NCBI GenBank assembly: GCA_934660865.1
Contig: CAKUIA010000001.1
Span: 60,001 to 92,000, forward strand
From: an uncultured Opitutales bacterium
GTDB taxonomy: Bacteria > Verrucomicrobiota > Verrucomicrobiia > Opitutales > Intestinicryptomonadaceae
Direction: 5' to 3'
Length of the DNA stretch: 32,000 nt
The notes beneath the pieces are model-generated. The model saw only the letters and a program-made list of their open reading frames with translations, had not been told where the DNA came from and did no database searches. The translations under genes and the position numbers were made by a program. Shown here in pieces: positions 1 through 7,703 of the stretch. Every line of letters begins with the position of its first letter. Position 1 is the stretch's first letter.

Positions 1-277
1 GGGTGGGATATTTCACCTCGTATTCACCCATGCTCGGCCAAATGTCGAACGCCGCATAGCCGTCTACGGGCGAAGAGTGCTTGTGTTTGCCCCAAGCGTC
101 CCAATCGCCGCCGCGTTTTACAAAAGAATCGCCCTCGGCTCTAAACCAGCCCTGATACCCCGCATACGCCGTGCCGTATAGGCTGTTGTTTTTCGGGTTT
201 TTCGGGTAAAGGCTGCCCGCCGCAAAAAGCTGGACGCATGCAAAAGCCGCCGCAAAAAATAAAATGGATTTTTTCAT
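1..277 (-). CDS. Secreted protein, N-terminal fragment (gene runs off the left edge); possibly a glycan-active enzyme
   Basis: Absent from the ORF track because it is truncated. The reverse complement from the ATG at 275-277 reads MKKSILFFAAAFACVQLFAAGSLYPKNPKNNSLYGTAYAGYQGWFRAEGDSFVKRGGDWDAWGKHKHSSPVDGYAAFDIWPSMGEYEVKYPT with no stop down to position 1. It has a typical signal peptide. The functional guess rests only on the GYQGWF...D.WP pattern and is weak. Confidence 0.6.
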   Translation of the reverse strand, partial: MKKSILFFAAAFACVQLFAAGSLYPKNPKNNSLYGTAYAGYQGWFRAEGDSFVKRGGDWDAWGKHKHSSPVDGYAAFDIWPSMGEYEVKYPT

Positions 278-336
278 ATAGATATACTTTCTCCCCAAAC
301 GCTTTTATTGTGAAAATTTAGATGCACCGATACCGC

Positions 337-1719
337 CTAAAGCAATACCAGCGAACCAATGCCCAAAAAGATAAGAAAACCGCCCGAGTCGGTCAAGCCC
401 GTAGTGAAGATAGAGGAACCCGCGGCAGGGTCTAACCCGAACTTTTTTAGCGCAAATGGAATTGCGCAGCCTACAAAGCCGCCCATTGTCATATTCAAAA
501 TCATTGCAACCCACACCACCGCGGCAAAATCGAACCTATGCGTTGTAATTACCGCAATTATCGCGCCGAAAAACCCAATCAGCAGCCCGTTTAAAAAGCC
601 CTTTAAAGCCTCGGTAATGCAAACTTTTGGGGCGTCGAACAATTCAACTTCGCCCATCGCAAGCGAGCGAACCGTAATGGCCAAAGTCTGCGCGCCCGTG
701 TTGCCGCCAATACCCGCAATTATTGGCATAAACACCGCAAGCAAGGCCAAGTGCGAAATTTCGTTTTGGAAAGCCCCAACTACCGAGCTTGCAATAAAGG
801 CCGTAAGCAAATTAACCATAAGCCAGGGCGCCCTGCTTTTTATGCTCGAAAATACGCCGTCGAACAAAGTTTCGTCGGCGCCGGCACCCGCCATTTTTTG
901 GATATCTTCGGTGCCCTCGTCAACCAAAACGTCCAAAATATCGTCGTGGGTAACAACACCCATAAGAACGCCGTCTTCGTCTACAACGGGCAGAGCGTGG
1001 AAATTCGTGTCGGCCATAATTTGGGCAACAAGCTCCTTGTCCATCGACGGCCTAAGAATCCCAATTAAATTGGTGTTCATTATGTCTTTAATAAGGGCGT
1101 CGTGCCTGGCCAAAACAAGGTCGCGCATCGAAATTACGCCCACCAAAACGCCGTTGGTGTCTATAACATACAAATAGTGCATGCTTTCGTAGTCGTTTTT
1201 GGTCTTGCGTACAAGGTCTATTGCGTCGTCTACGGTAACGTCTTCGGCCAAAGTGGAGATATTCGGGTTCATCAAACCCGCGGCGGTATCGGGGTCGTAC
1301 TCCAAAAGCTCCCTAACCGTTTCGGCCGTTTCGGGCTGCGACTCCTCCAAACAGTCCAAAATTCGGTCTCGGTCGGTTTCGTCAAGCTCGCCTACAAGGT
1401 CGGCGGCGTCGTCGGGCTCCATTTCGTTAAGCAGCGAAGCCGCGCGCGACTCCCTCATTTCCGACAAAAGCTCGGCCGAGTCTTCGGGGTTCATTTCCGA
1501 AACAACGTCGGAGGCCTTTTCCTCGCTTAACTTCCTTAAAATCTTGCGCTGCGTATCTACGTCTATTCTCGAAAGGAAGTCCGACAAAACGTGGGGGGGC
1601 GTTTCGGCAAGCAAAGTGCTTTGGAGCGAATCCAAAGTGCCGTCCTCGTACATCTGAACAAGAGAGAAAAGAGAATAACCAGTCTCTTTTACGCCGTCGT
1701 CTTTTTTGTCGTTATCCAT
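337..1719 (-). CDS. mgtE: Magnesium transporter MgtE
   Basis: 460 aa. Acidic N-terminal MgtE_N-like region (EMNPEDSAELLSEM, EMEPDDAADLVGEL), tandem CBS-like segment (HYLYVIDTNGVLVGVISMRDL; ALPVVDEDGVLMGVVTHDDILD) and a C-terminal 5-TM MgtE domain (PWLMVNLLTAFIASSVVGAFQ, IAGIGGNTGAQ). Confidence 0.93.
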   Translation of the reverse strand: MDNDKKDDGVKETGYSLFSLVQMYEDGTLDSLQSTLLAETPPHVLSDFLSRIDVDTQRKILRKLSEEKASDVVSEMNPEDSAELLSEMRESRAASLLNEMEPDDAADLVGELDETDRDRILDCLEESQPETAETVRELLEYDPDTAAGLMNPNISTLAEDVTVDDAIDLVRKTKNDYESMHYLYVIDTNGVLVGVISMRDLVLARHDALIKDIMNTNLIGILRPSMDKELVAQIMADTNFHALPVVDEDGVLMGVVTHDDILDVLVDEGTEDIQKMAGAGADETLFDGVFSSIKSRAPWLMVNLLTAFIASSVVGAFQNEISHLALLAVFMPIIAGIGGNTGAQTLAITVRSLAMGEVELFDAPKVCITEALKGFLNGLLIGFFGAIIAVITTHRFDFAAVVWVAMILNMTMGGFVGCAIPFALKKFGLDPAAGSSIFTTGLTDSGGFLIFLGIGSLVLL

Positions 1720-1851
1720 CGGTTTTTACGGTAAATATTCAGGCAGGTTTTAAATCATATTCGGCAAAGTAAAAATGCAAAATGCGCGTTTCACAAGATA
1801 TTTTTACAAAATTTTGTTGATTGCCGCCATTTTGGCTGTTTCATTTTTTGC

Positions 1852-2442
1852 ATGAAGAAAAACGCAAAGAGAATATATATGGCGGGCTCGCTTTTTTGCG
1901 GAAGGGAAATTTTCGGCAATGCCGCCCTTGCCGCCGAAATCGAAAATCTTTCGGGCAACGCCTATATTTGCGAACTGCCGCAAGACTACGAACCGCGAAG
2001 CCGCACACCCAAAGCCGTGCGCGACTGCGACTTTACCCACCTTTTAAAGTGCGACGCCGTTCTTGCTGCCTTCGACGGCCTTGAGCTGGATTCGGGCACG
2101 GTTGCCGAATTTATAACCGCCAAAGTTGCCGACAAACCCGCCCTTTTGCTGCGCAGCGACTTTAGGGTTTCGGGCGACCAAGTTTCGGGCGGCGACCCGT
2201 GGAATTTAATGTGCTCGTTCTACCCGCGCAGCACGGTATTGCAATTTAACTTTATGCGAGCCTACAAAGACTGTTTAAGGGAAACTAACAACCCGCTTTT
2301 TGCCGCAAATTTGGTAAACAAAGAATTGGCAAAGCTGTGCGTAGGCGCCCTAAACAGGCTTTTTAAGACAAAACCCGTTCTTGCAAAAAAGGAAAGCGAA
2401 AACGCCCTTTCATTGCTAAAAAAGGCGTTTTGCATAAAATAG
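1852..2442 (+). CDS. Nucleoside 2-deoxyribosyltransferase-family protein (PF05014-like) with a C-terminal extension
   Basis: 196 aa. RIYMAGSLF at the N-terminus, then CDAVLAAFDGLELDSGTVAEFITAKVADKPALLLRSD. This matches the family pattern (IYLAGPLF ... aD.vva.ldg...D.GT..E.G.A...KP) including the candidate catalytic Glu. About 70 C-terminal residues are unassigned. Confidence 0.6.
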   Translation: MKKNAKRIYMAGSLFCGREIFGNAALAAEIENLSGNAYICELPQDYEPRSRTPKAVRDCDFTHLLKCDAVLAAFDGLELDSGTVAEFITAKVADKPALLLRSDFRVSGDQVSGGDPWNLMCSFYPRSTVLQFNFMRAYKDCLRETNNPLFAANLVNKELAKLCVGALNRLFKTKPVLAKKESENALSLLKKAFCIK

Positions 2443-2480
2443 GGCAAAAAAACGGCTACACATATAAAAAACTTATCTAA

Positions 2481-2516
2481 AAAAGGCTTTTACAATTACA
2501 AAAGCCTTTTTTTTGT
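2481..2516 (+). terminator. Rho-independent terminator after the 1852..2442 gene
   Basis: GGCTTTT (2485-2491) pairs with AAAAGCC (2500-2506) across an 8-nt loop, followed by T8 (2507-2514). Confidence 0.65.
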
Positions 2517-2700
2517 TTTTTATGTAAAGGCAACCTAGTTATGCGCATTTAACTTAAAAATTTGGCAAAAATTGCGGCAAGCTTGTACCTAGCGCAATAA
2601 ATAATTGCCGCAAGGCGCACGGGAAAACCCAATTTCGCGTAAATCGTTTTTTAAATTTTTAACTTTATTATTTGCAGCGTGTTATAAATTTTTATAAAAA

Positions 2701-2781
2701 TATCACAACCTATTCAAAAAAAAAAAAATAACCTGCAATCCCAAAAAATATGTTGACAGCATAGCCCCCACCCCCTAGGTT
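2701..2781 (+). promoter_or_regulatory. Conserved upstream module plus putative promoter of PEP-CTERM gene 1
   Basis: TATCACAACCTATTC, A13 (2716-2728), 24 nt, TTGACA (2753-2758), 17 nt, TAGGTT (2776-2781). The same block with the same spacing precedes the paralog at 5255-5335. Confidence 0.45.
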
Positions 2782-2835
2782 TTTACCCGTATAAACTTTG
2801 ATTTACTATATACTTACAAAAAACAGTAAAAAATT

Positions 2836-4953
2836 ATGAAAATATCGGCATTAAAGACACTATCGGCGGCGGCGTTTATGGCGGCGGCCTCTTTCTCGTA
2901 TGCGGATACTTTGTATTTTATGCAGAGTTTTCCGTCGGGCAACAGCTCTAGCTTAAGCGATGGCAACAGCTTTTTCGACAGCAACGACGTTAGCGTGGCA
3001 AAAAAGTCGCACCTGCCAACCGAAAACGATACGCTTATTTTCGCCAACTACGAATTTAACGCGACAACCCTAGACAAAGGTTATTCGCGTTATTACGACA
3101 CAATCGCAAGCGGCGCGCAAATTTGCAGCCTAACAAACGCAATACACAACGGGGAAAAAGTATTTACGGTAGAAAATCTTTATTTTTCGCTTACTTCCGA
3201 CTATAAACACCGCCTCAGCGACAACAAAAACGACGGTACGTTGGAAACAACCCCCCGCAAAGATTTTGGCATTTACGGATATTGCGGCGAAGACGCAAGC
3301 AAAGCCGCCACAACCAACATAATTACAATCAAAAACCTTTTAAAGGTAGACGGCGGCAAAAGCTTTTTCATTCACGGCAACAACGACGCAGCAAGCTATT
3401 TACCGAAAGTTCAAATCGGCCAGTTGGAAATGACCGATGGGGCTACTTTGGAAGGCTATAAAACCTCGTTGTATTTAGACAACTTTATCGGCACTGTAAA
3501 CTTGGGTGTTAACGAAGACGGCACTGCGGCGAACGGCAAAACCTCGCTTGTGGGCGAAAACACCTATTTGCAGCTGGGAACTTCCGACGCGAAGAAAAAA
3601 TCCGCAAACGGCTCGGTTGTAAATTTAGGTTCCATAAATAACAAAGGCTCTTTAACTGTAGGCAATCAGGTAGACACCTTTAATTCGTACGGCACATTCG
3701 ACCACACCGGCACAAGCCTTAGCATTGCGGCAAAAGAAGCCAACTTTTACGGCGATGTTATTATGCGCGCTACCAACGTAAATACAAAAGAAGTTAGTGG
3801 AAATACAACTTCGTACACCTACTCGCACGAGCTTGTTTCGACAAACACAAAGGCGCATGTATACGGCACTTTAACCGTAGACAACGCCAACATTACAAGC
3901 GCAACAACCGCATTAAACCACTACAACGTAGCGGTCCGCAACACCACTATAGAAGAAGGAGCTACCGCAACAATCACAAGAACCGGAGCGGGCAACATAA
4001 CGCTTGGTTTTTCGGGCGACAGCGCAAACTACGGCACCATTGTTTTAAGCGGCGGCACATACAATTCATACCTGTCTATGATGGACTGCTCCTCGTTTAA
4101 AAGCAACGACAATTCGCTAATTAAGCTCGGAAACGGCGGCGGCACAATATACTTTGCAAACTCGAACGGCTCGTCTACTGCCACGGTAGACACCGAATTG
4201 GGCAATGTAGACGGCTCGGGGCGCACGGTATCGCGCGGCAATTCGTATAACGACGCCAGCGTAATTATAGGAACAAACAATGTTTCGCAGTTGTTCGACG
4301 CAAACTTGTGCCTACAAAACGGCGGCAACGATGGCCGCGACGGCAGATTATACCTTACAAAACAGGGCAAATCTTGGCAGCGCATTTACGGCGATGCCAA
4401 CAACTACACGGGCACAACCACAGTTAACGACGGCGCATTGTTCTTAAACAAGGTAAGAAGAGACAAAGATTCAAGCGCCGACAACGGTTTGAGCACCGTT
4501 GTAACAATAAACGGCGGCTACTTCGGCAGCGCGGGTTCTACCTGCATTGTAGACGGCATTAACATAAACGGCGGAAAATTGTTGTATAACTTCGAATTCG
4601 GCAACAGCCTTCAAATTACAATGAAGGATTCGTCGGCAATCAACAAAATCCTGGTAGGCGACTTTGCCTTTGCAAACGTATCTTCCGTAGTAGGCGAAAC
4701 CGTAGACTTATTCTGGTTCGACGGCGACGACATTGAAAGCATTGGCGCGCAGTTGCAGGAAATTATCGACAGCGACGAAAACGGCAAATACGAGTTTGTA
4801 GACGTAAAAACGGGCGATACATACTACGCCAAATTCTCGTCGGAAGACTCTAGCGTATTCTCGGTAACATTGTCGGTTCCCGAACCCTCTACTTGGGCGG
4901 CAATATTCGGCGCCTTGGCTTTGGCTTTGGCAATCTACCGCCGCAGAAAATAA
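2836..4953 (+). CDS. PEP-CTERM-anchored surface protein with autotransporter-associated beta-strand (PATR-like) repeat
   Basis: 705 aa. Signal peptide MKISALKTLSAAAFMAAASFSYA|D and a G/N/T-rich beta-strand-like body. NYTGTTTVNDGALFL fits the PATR repeat consensus. The C-terminus VPEPSTWAAIFGALALALAIYRRRK* is a PEP motif, TM helix and basic tail. Confidence 0.88.
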   Translation: MKISALKTLSAAAFMAAASFSYADTLYFMQSFPSGNSSSLSDGNSFFDSNDVSVAKKSHLPTENDTLIFANYEFNATTLDKGYSRYYDTIASGAQICSLTNAIHNGEKVFTVENLYFSLTSDYKHRLSDNKNDGTLETTPRKDFGIYGYCGEDASKAATTNIITIKNLLKVDGGKSFFIHGNNDAASYLPKVQIGQLEMTDGATLEGYKTSLYLDNFIGTVNLGVNEDGTAANGKTSLVGENTYLQLGTSDAKKKSANGSVVNLGSINNKGSLTVGNQVDTFNSYGTFDHTGTSLSIAAKEANFYGDVIMRATNVNTKEVSGNTTSYTYSHELVSTNTKAHVYGTLTVDNANITSATTALNHYNVAVRNTTIEEGATATITRTGAGNITLGFSGDSANYGTIVLSGGTYNSYLSMMDCSSFKSNDNSLIKLGNGGGTIYFANSNGSSTATVDTELGNVDGSGRTVSRGNSYNDASVIIGTNNVSQLFDANLCLQNGGNDGRDGRLYLTKQGKSWQRIYGDANNYTGTTTVNDGALFLNKVRRDKDSSADNGLSTVVTINGGYFGSAGSTCIVDGININGGKLLYNFEFGNSLQITMKDSSAINKILVGDFAFANVSSVVGETVDLFWFDGDDIESIGAQLQEIIDSDENGKYEFVDVKTGDTYYAKFSSEDSSVFSVTLSVPEPSTWAAIFGALALALAIYRRRK
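4762..4953 (+). repeat. Near-identical 3' gene segment shared with 7357..7548
   Basis: Hand alignment of 4762-4953 against 7357-7548 gives about 13 mismatches in 192 nt. This is far more similar than the central parts of the two genes. Confidence 0.85.
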
Positions 4954-4974
4954 CCGCTTAGGTTAAACATTAAC

Positions 4975-5008
4975 AAAAAAGGCTTTCCATTGCGGAAAGC
5001 CTTTTTTT
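4975..5008 (+). terminator. Rho-independent terminator after PEP-CTERM gene 1
   Basis: GGCTTTCC (4981-4988) pairs with GGAAAGCC (4994-5001) across a 5-nt loop, followed by T7 (5002-5008). Confidence 0.8.
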
Positions 5009-5254
5009 GCGCCCGAAATAATTGCAAAAAAATTGCGCAAGCTCTTTATAATTTGCATAATAAAAAATTTGCGCAAAAAACCCGCCCTTTGCTTTACTTT
5101 AAAAGCTCCAATTTCTTTAAAGAACTTCTGCGTTTTAGACGGTTTTTACGGCGCATAATTGCGTAGTTATTGTGTAAAAAAAACGTGCACAAAAAAGTTG
5201 CAACATCTTTTTGCAACTTTCGCATTTTCAATACATTACAAACATAGACTGTCG

Positions 5255-5335
5255 TATCACAACCTATTCAAAAAAAAAAAAATAGCCTGCAAACTCGAAA
5301 AATAATTTGACAACTTTTTGCGCTTAACATAACTT
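5255..5335 (+). promoter_or_regulatory. Conserved upstream module plus putative promoter of PEP-CTERM gene 2
   Basis: TATCACAACCTATTC, A13 (5270-5282), 24 nt, TTGACA (5307-5312), 17 nt, TAACTT (5330-5335). This is the paralogous copy of 2701-2781. Confidence 0.45.
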
Positions 5336-5382
5336 AACTATGTTTAAAAATTTAGCACAGAACTCTTTATATCGCTAAGATT

Positions 5383-7548
5383 ATGAAACTGACATCATTA
5401 AAAACCCTATCGGCTGCGGCGTTTATGGCGGCAGCCTCGTTCTCGTATGCCGACACTTTGTACTACATGCAAAGCTTCCCTACGGGCGACAGCTCTAATA
5501 TGACCGACGGCGGCTCGTTTTTCGACAGCAACGATGTTAGCGTGGCAAAGAAAGCCCATGCCCCCAAAGCGGGCGACACCGTAATTTTTGCCGACTACGA
5601 TTTTAAGGCCTCCGAAAAGACCTATGTAGAAGCCAAGAAAAACGACAGATACTACGACCAGCTTACCGACGCGCAAATTACCAGCTTAACAAGCAATGTG
5701 CACAATGCCGGTACCATATTCGAGGTAGAAAATTTGGCGTTTTCGCTAAGCAGCGGCTACAAGCTGCGCGGCCCAAGCGACTGTTCGCTAGAGGAAACTC
5801 CCCGCACAACATTCGGCTTTCAGGCATTTTGTTCCGACGCGACAAAGGCGGCCGAAAAAAATATTATTAGAATTAACGGCACACTGACCGTAAACGGCGG
5901 CAAAAACTTTTACATTCAAGGCGGCAGCGACATAGGCAAGCAGAACTACTGCAAGGAAATTTCGGTAGGCGAAATTCAGATGACCGACGGCGCCACTTTG
6001 GAAGGCTATATGACCGCCCTTAGCATAGCCAACTGGACATCGCTTATAAATGTGGGCGTAACCAACGCAAACGGCACTGTTGCGGCAAACGGCAGAACTT
6101 CGGTTATAGGCAAAAACACAAAGTTTACCCTTGGGGCAAACAAGGCCGAAACCCCTACGGGCGGCCAAACCGTAAACTTGGGCTCTATAGAAAACAACGG
6201 CACAATGAGCGTAGGCGGCGGCAACGACCTTAACCAATACGGCACATTTACCAACAATGGCTCGGTTACCGTAAATTCGGCAAACTTTGTTGTAAACGGC
6301 TCGCTTGTAAACAACGGTACTTTTGCGATTTCGAAATATGCGGGCAACTTTGAAAACCGCGGCGACATTACAATGAGCGAAAAGTACGTTAACGAAACGG
6401 GCGCGGAAGCGACAAACTCGACTGTATTTTCGCAGGCCGCCCAAAACGACTTTTACGGCACGTTTACCGTAGACGGCAAAAACGCCACGGGCAATGCAAA
6501 AACCCACTACGAAGTTTGGATATACAGCGACACAGTAATCCACGAAGGAGCTGTTATGAACGCAGTTAGGGGTACAGACGCAAACTGCGGCAACGTAACT
6601 TTGGGCTTCGGCAACAGCAGCAATGTTGTAAACTACGGCACAATTAACCTCGACGCAAAAGGCTCGCGCAACGCATTCTTGCACCTAATGCCCTCGAAAT
6701 CGTTTAAGGGTATGGACAGCGGCGTTATCAACCTTGTTTCGAGCGGGGCAACAATATATTTCGGCACAAGCGGCACCGAATTGGGCAATGTTCAGGGCTC
6801 CGGCAGCGCAACTTCGCGCGCGTCCTCCAGCGCCGACGCCACCGTTGCAATAGGAACAAACAACGTTTCAAAGTTGTTCGACGCAAACTTGTCTTTCCAA
6901 AACGGCGGCAATTCCACCCACGACGGCGTGCTTAGCGTAGTTAAAAACGGCAAATCCTGGCAGCGCGTATACGGCGGCGACAGCAACTATACGGGCACAA
7001 CCACCGTTAACGACGGCGCATTGTTCATAGCCAAAACAAGAAGAAACCTAGCCTCCAGCCAAGACAACGGCATGAGCACCGTTGTTACCATAAACGGCGG
7101 CTATTTCGGCAGCGCCGGCCGCGCCGACAAGGGTTGCTATGTAGACGGCATTAGCTTTAACGGCGGCAAACTCTTGTATAACTTCGAATTCGGCAAAGAC
7201 CTCCAAATTACAATGAAAGACTCGTCGGCAATACTCGGCAAGATTTTGGCGAGCGACTTTGCCTTTGCAAACATATCCTCCGCAATAGGCGAAACTATAG
7301 ATTTGTTCTGGTTCGACGGCGACGATGTTGAAAGCATTGGCTCGTACCTGCAGGCAATTATCGACAGCGACGAAAACGGCAAATACGAATTTGTAGACGT
7401 AAAAACGGGCGATACCTACTACGCCAAATTCCTGTCGGAAGACTCGAGCGTATTCTCGGTAACTTTGTCGGTTCCCGAACCCTCTACATGGGCGGCAATA
7501 TTCGGCGCTTTGGCCTTGGCCTTTGCAATTTACCGCCGCAGAAAATAG
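5383..7548 (+). CDS. PEP-CTERM-anchored surface protein, paralog of 2836..4953
   Basis: 721 aa. Same signal peptide (MKLTSLKTLSAAAFMAAASFSYA|D), same PATR-like NYTGTTTVNDGALFI, and C-terminus VPEPSTWAAIFGALALAFAIYRRRK*. Confidence 0.88.
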   Translation: MKLTSLKTLSAAAFMAAASFSYADTLYYMQSFPTGDSSNMTDGGSFFDSNDVSVAKKAHAPKAGDTVIFADYDFKASEKTYVEAKKNDRYYDQLTDAQITSLTSNVHNAGTIFEVENLAFSLSSGYKLRGPSDCSLEETPRTTFGFQAFCSDATKAAEKNIIRINGTLTVNGGKNFYIQGGSDIGKQNYCKEISVGEIQMTDGATLEGYMTALSIANWTSLINVGVTNANGTVAANGRTSVIGKNTKFTLGANKAETPTGGQTVNLGSIENNGTMSVGGGNDLNQYGTFTNNGSVTVNSANFVVNGSLVNNGTFAISKYAGNFENRGDITMSEKYVNETGAEATNSTVFSQAAQNDFYGTFTVDGKNATGNAKTHYEVWIYSDTVIHEGAVMNAVRGTDANCGNVTLGFGNSSNVVNYGTINLDAKGSRNAFLHLMPSKSFKGMDSGVINLVSSGATIYFGTSGTELGNVQGSGSATSRASSSADATVAIGTNNVSKLFDANLSFQNGGNSTHDGVLSVVKNGKSWQRVYGGDSNYTGTTTVNDGALFIAKTRRNLASSQDNGMSTVVTINGGYFGSAGRADKGCYVDGISFNGGKLLYNFEFGKDLQITMKDSSAILGKILASDFAFANISSAIGETIDLFWFDGDDVESIGSYLQAIIDSDENGKYEFVDVKTGDTYYAKFLSEDSSVFSVTLSVPEPSTWAAIFGALALAFAIYRRRK

Positions 7549-7577
7549 TAAAATTTTTTCATTTCTCTTCTTCCTTC

Positions 7578-7609
7578 GGGGGGCTTTGTGTTATAAGCCC
7601 CCTTTTTTT
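7578..7609 (+). terminator. Rho-independent terminator after PEP-CTERM gene 2
   Basis: GGGGGCTT (7579-7586) pairs with AAGCCCCC (7595-7602) across an 8-nt loop, followed by T7 (7603-7609). Confidence 0.8.
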
Positions 7610-7703
7610 GCGCCCTTTTCTTTTCAATAAATTTCGGAGGCAAAAAATCCGCAAAAAAGTATTTGATTTTTTGAAATACCGGGAGTTGTATTTTTGCCTT
7701 TAT

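Noticed and set aside
359-1177. 272-aa plus-strand ORF (plus 751..1068, 1102..1530 and 1199..1657) opposite mgtE
   Set aside because: These are shadow ORFs antisense to a gene with unambiguous MgtE motifs. Their translations are low-complexity (S/T/P/A-rich) with no signal or motif.
1720-1851. Possible M-box (Mg2+) riboswitch in the mgtE leader
   Set aside because: The divergent intergenic region is only ~130 nt. I could not see the conserved M-box core helices or sequence blocks, so there is no support.
5033-5076. Palindrome TTGCGCAA seen twice upstream of PEP-CTERM gene 2 (5033, 5069) and in the tRNA-His promoter spacer (29946) as a possible shared operator
   Set aside because: The same 8-mer also occurs inside coding regions (for example 21319-21326 and 28476-28483). 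It is built from common local k-mers (TTT GCG CAA), so the enrichment is not convincing without a genome-wide count.
5788-6684. 298-aa minus-strand ORF inside PEP-CTERM gene 2, and similar ones at 3652..3858, 4029..4385, 6006..6368, 6792..6986 and 7137..7382
   Set aside because: Antisense to a strongly supported CDS. The V/A/C/R-rich translations are typical of the reverse frame of G/N/T-rich genes.
7488-7703. N-terminal extension of the yddG-like ORF as given in the track (369 aa)
   Set aside because: It would overlap the last 60 nt of the PEP-CTERM gene and run through its terminator hairpin (7578-7609). Homology to YddG begins right after the ATG at 7704.
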